Source: Hamiltosporidium tvaerminnensis FI-OER-3-3 (Eukaryota; Fungi; Microsporidia). From it: a stretch of DNA of 64,000 bases. Both the position numbers and the translations under genes were made by a program. The stretch lies in assembly GCA_022605425.2 (NCBI GenBank), contig JAKIMF020000005.1, positions 558,001-622,000 on the forward strand, written 5' to 3'. The first letter of the stretch is position 1; each line of letters opens with the position of its first letter. Shown one piece after another: positions 61,711 to 64,000 of this stretch. Under the pieces are notes generated by a model that did no database searches, was not told the origin of the DNA, and saw only the letters and a list, made by a program, of their open reading frames with translations.

Positions 61711-62644
61711 TTTATTGGGGAGAAAAATTATTATTTTTTTTATGAAAAAAGAAGAAAAGCTTCAAACGAATTAAAAAGTAAAATTGGGATTTTAAATTTC
61801 AAATTTTACAAAGAAATTTAAAAAAGAGGAAACCCATACAAATTATTCAAAAAAATATGATTTTTAAATTATTAACGTTTTAAATAACTGAAAAATTAAA
61901 AATAAGGACTACCCATTGAAATTAGAAAGAAAAGTGTTTTTTTTTATTCTTTAAGTTTTAATCTAAAATGTCGCATCTTTAATTATAAATAATTTTCTGT
62001 TCTCTCAGTATCTTCTTTTATAACCGATTTTCTTTAAATTTTGATTGAAATTTTGAAATTCTTGATTCCTTTTGTAACTGGTTGGTTATTAACTGTACCG
62101 TTTATTGATTATCCTTTTACGCATTTATCTATATAAGTGATAATATCTTTGTACTAAATAAGTCTCTACTGTTTCTTATGCAGTCCAATTTGGATTTTTT
62201 TAATCCTTATTTGCGTTTTTTATTGTTATAAAATATTTTTTTAAATCCAATAAAGATATATAAATATCTCTGTTTCGATTTGAATTTACAGATTTTAAAC
62301 ACCTATCAGAAATATAATATTAGTACAGAGTGTTTTAAAATATCTTTATAGTTCTTTTGATTTAATATTCTGCTTAATTCTTCTGTATATATTCTCCAAT
62401 ATATTTTCTTAGCTACATCTATAAAATAATTGATTTACCCCTTTACATAGTTAAAACCATTGTCTCTTTTCCCCATTTCTGTGCTTATCAAAAAAATGTG
62501 CTTCATTCTTGCGTTATCTAAACATATTTCAATCAATTGAATTGCTTATATTTTGATTTTTTGGATCATTTGAATTTTAATAAAAAAAAATAAAATTCTT
62601 GGGTGGTTTGAATAATATTTGTTATTTTGAGGTATAAAAACAAA

Positions 62645-63362
62645 CTTAATTTGAAATTATACCTTCTTTTTAAAACACTGGCACGTTTTATATTGTTTTC
62701 ATTACATTAACAAATTCTAGGTTTGACATAAATAATTGTTACCCCAAAAATATTATCCCCTACAATACCTAAACACCATAGCCTTCTATTCATAAGGTAG
62801 GAATAATCTATCGAATAGGTGTAATAGTCGTCGGAAGCTTAAGAATCTAAGTTTAATAAACTGTAAACACGAATACAAACCTACATTGGGCCCCTTCTGA
62901 ACCATGCAGCATTCCTATTAACTCTACACTTTCTGAACCTAATAAACTTCTATCTAAGATATATCTCAGGGACTTATACTTGGGTCACCTAGACATTCCA
63001 ATATCATACCAACAAGTAACCCTGGTGTTATCTTTTAGGCTTTAAAGGGTATTATTTTTGTATCTCCTTGACCCAAATCTTCTAAATCGAGTGAGCTCGG
63101 CTAAGTTTCTATCTTTTACATGGTAATTACCTACAATATAGGCTGCAGTCTGCGATCTAGTTACATAAAAAACTACAAATTAAAGTTGCAAAAAAAGGTT
63201 TTTCTATTCTATAGGCCTTCTTCTCTTCATAAAAACCCCCATGGAACAAATGTAAATATAATGTAATTCCATTTCCACCTAAAAATTAACGCAGGTTTCA
63301 AACATCAATTTCAACTAATTGTTGTTAAGCAGATAATTTTTATTCAGTTATTCTTCCTCCTA
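62645..63362 (-). mobile_element. SINE-like element copy I, diverged full-length
   Basis: Collinear with copy H (ATGCAGCATTCC, ACTCTACACTTTCTGAACC.AATAAACTTCTA.CTAAGATATAT, CATAAAAAACTACAAAT, CCCATGGAACAA, TTATTCTTCCTCC). Confidence 0.82.
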
Positions 63363-64000
63363 TATAAGCTCTGTCTATCTTTATTCTTAAATAAGAAGTC
63401 TAAAGTGCTAGTTTTAAGTCTTAAAGAAATCAAAACTCAAGACCTGAGAATCGCTAAAAAAATGTTGTATTGATATTTGTAGAAATAAATGACAATAATA
63501 CGTTTATACGGTTGTAAATAATAAAATAGATAAATAAAAGTAAAATGAGCAAAGAGGAACAAAAATTAAAAAAAATATTTAAAACTTTACAGAACAAAAT
63601 TAAATTTGAAATAATCAGATTAAAAAAGATTTAATTAAACTATCAATTAAATATAAACTATGAAGCTATAGAACTAGTATTAAACGTTCTTAATCATAAA
63701 TATCTTATTAATAATTTTTGATCAGAAATTTATCTGGGAGTGAATTAGAAAAGCATTTTCTAGGTTTAATAAATGTATTTTTTACTCATTTTTTTCTTTA
63801 TTATATTAAGTAAGCATCCTATTTTATATTTGAAGTTAAATCTTATAAAAATTTATATTTATTATTTAATTTAATTTAAATGATGCTTTCTTTAAAACCA
63901 ACTTAAGATTGTGATAAATCGAATGATATATAATCTGCACTAAGATAAGTGAAATAGTATTATAAATTCACTTATAGACAATTAGATAGAAAAAGATCAA

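Overview
Very AT-rich eukaryotic DNA with low gene density. The compact divergent housekeeping genes, CCC motifs just upstream of ATGs and a 30-nt intron right after a start codon point to a microsporidian with an expanded, TE-rich genome (Hamiltosporidium-like; this is inference). Housekeeping genes: UBC9, a Fes1/HspBP1-like factor, delta-COP, RPB6, V-ATPase subunit e, RPL26, an Asn-inflated PP2A scaffold subunit and RPS15. Five paralogues of an unrecognised ~430-460 aa signal-peptide protein family ('C-TKNP' family) occur here. Mobile DNA includes R4/Dong-like RLE non-LTR retrotransposons, one of them an RT-less derivative with an intact endonuclease ORF, a Ginger-like remnant and eroded Ty3/Gypsy-like pieces. 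The most striking signal is a ~730-nt non-coding element present 9 times in 64 kb. Four copies have perfect 10-14 bp target-site duplications, and the family has fixed ends, no poly(A) tail or TIRs, and a 3' domain with crossing (pseudoknot-type) helices. It is a candidate new SINE-like structured-RNA retroelement, possibly mobilised by the resident R4-like LINE. The 700-nt poly-A block at 14.7-15.4 kb appears to be a corrupted copy of this element.
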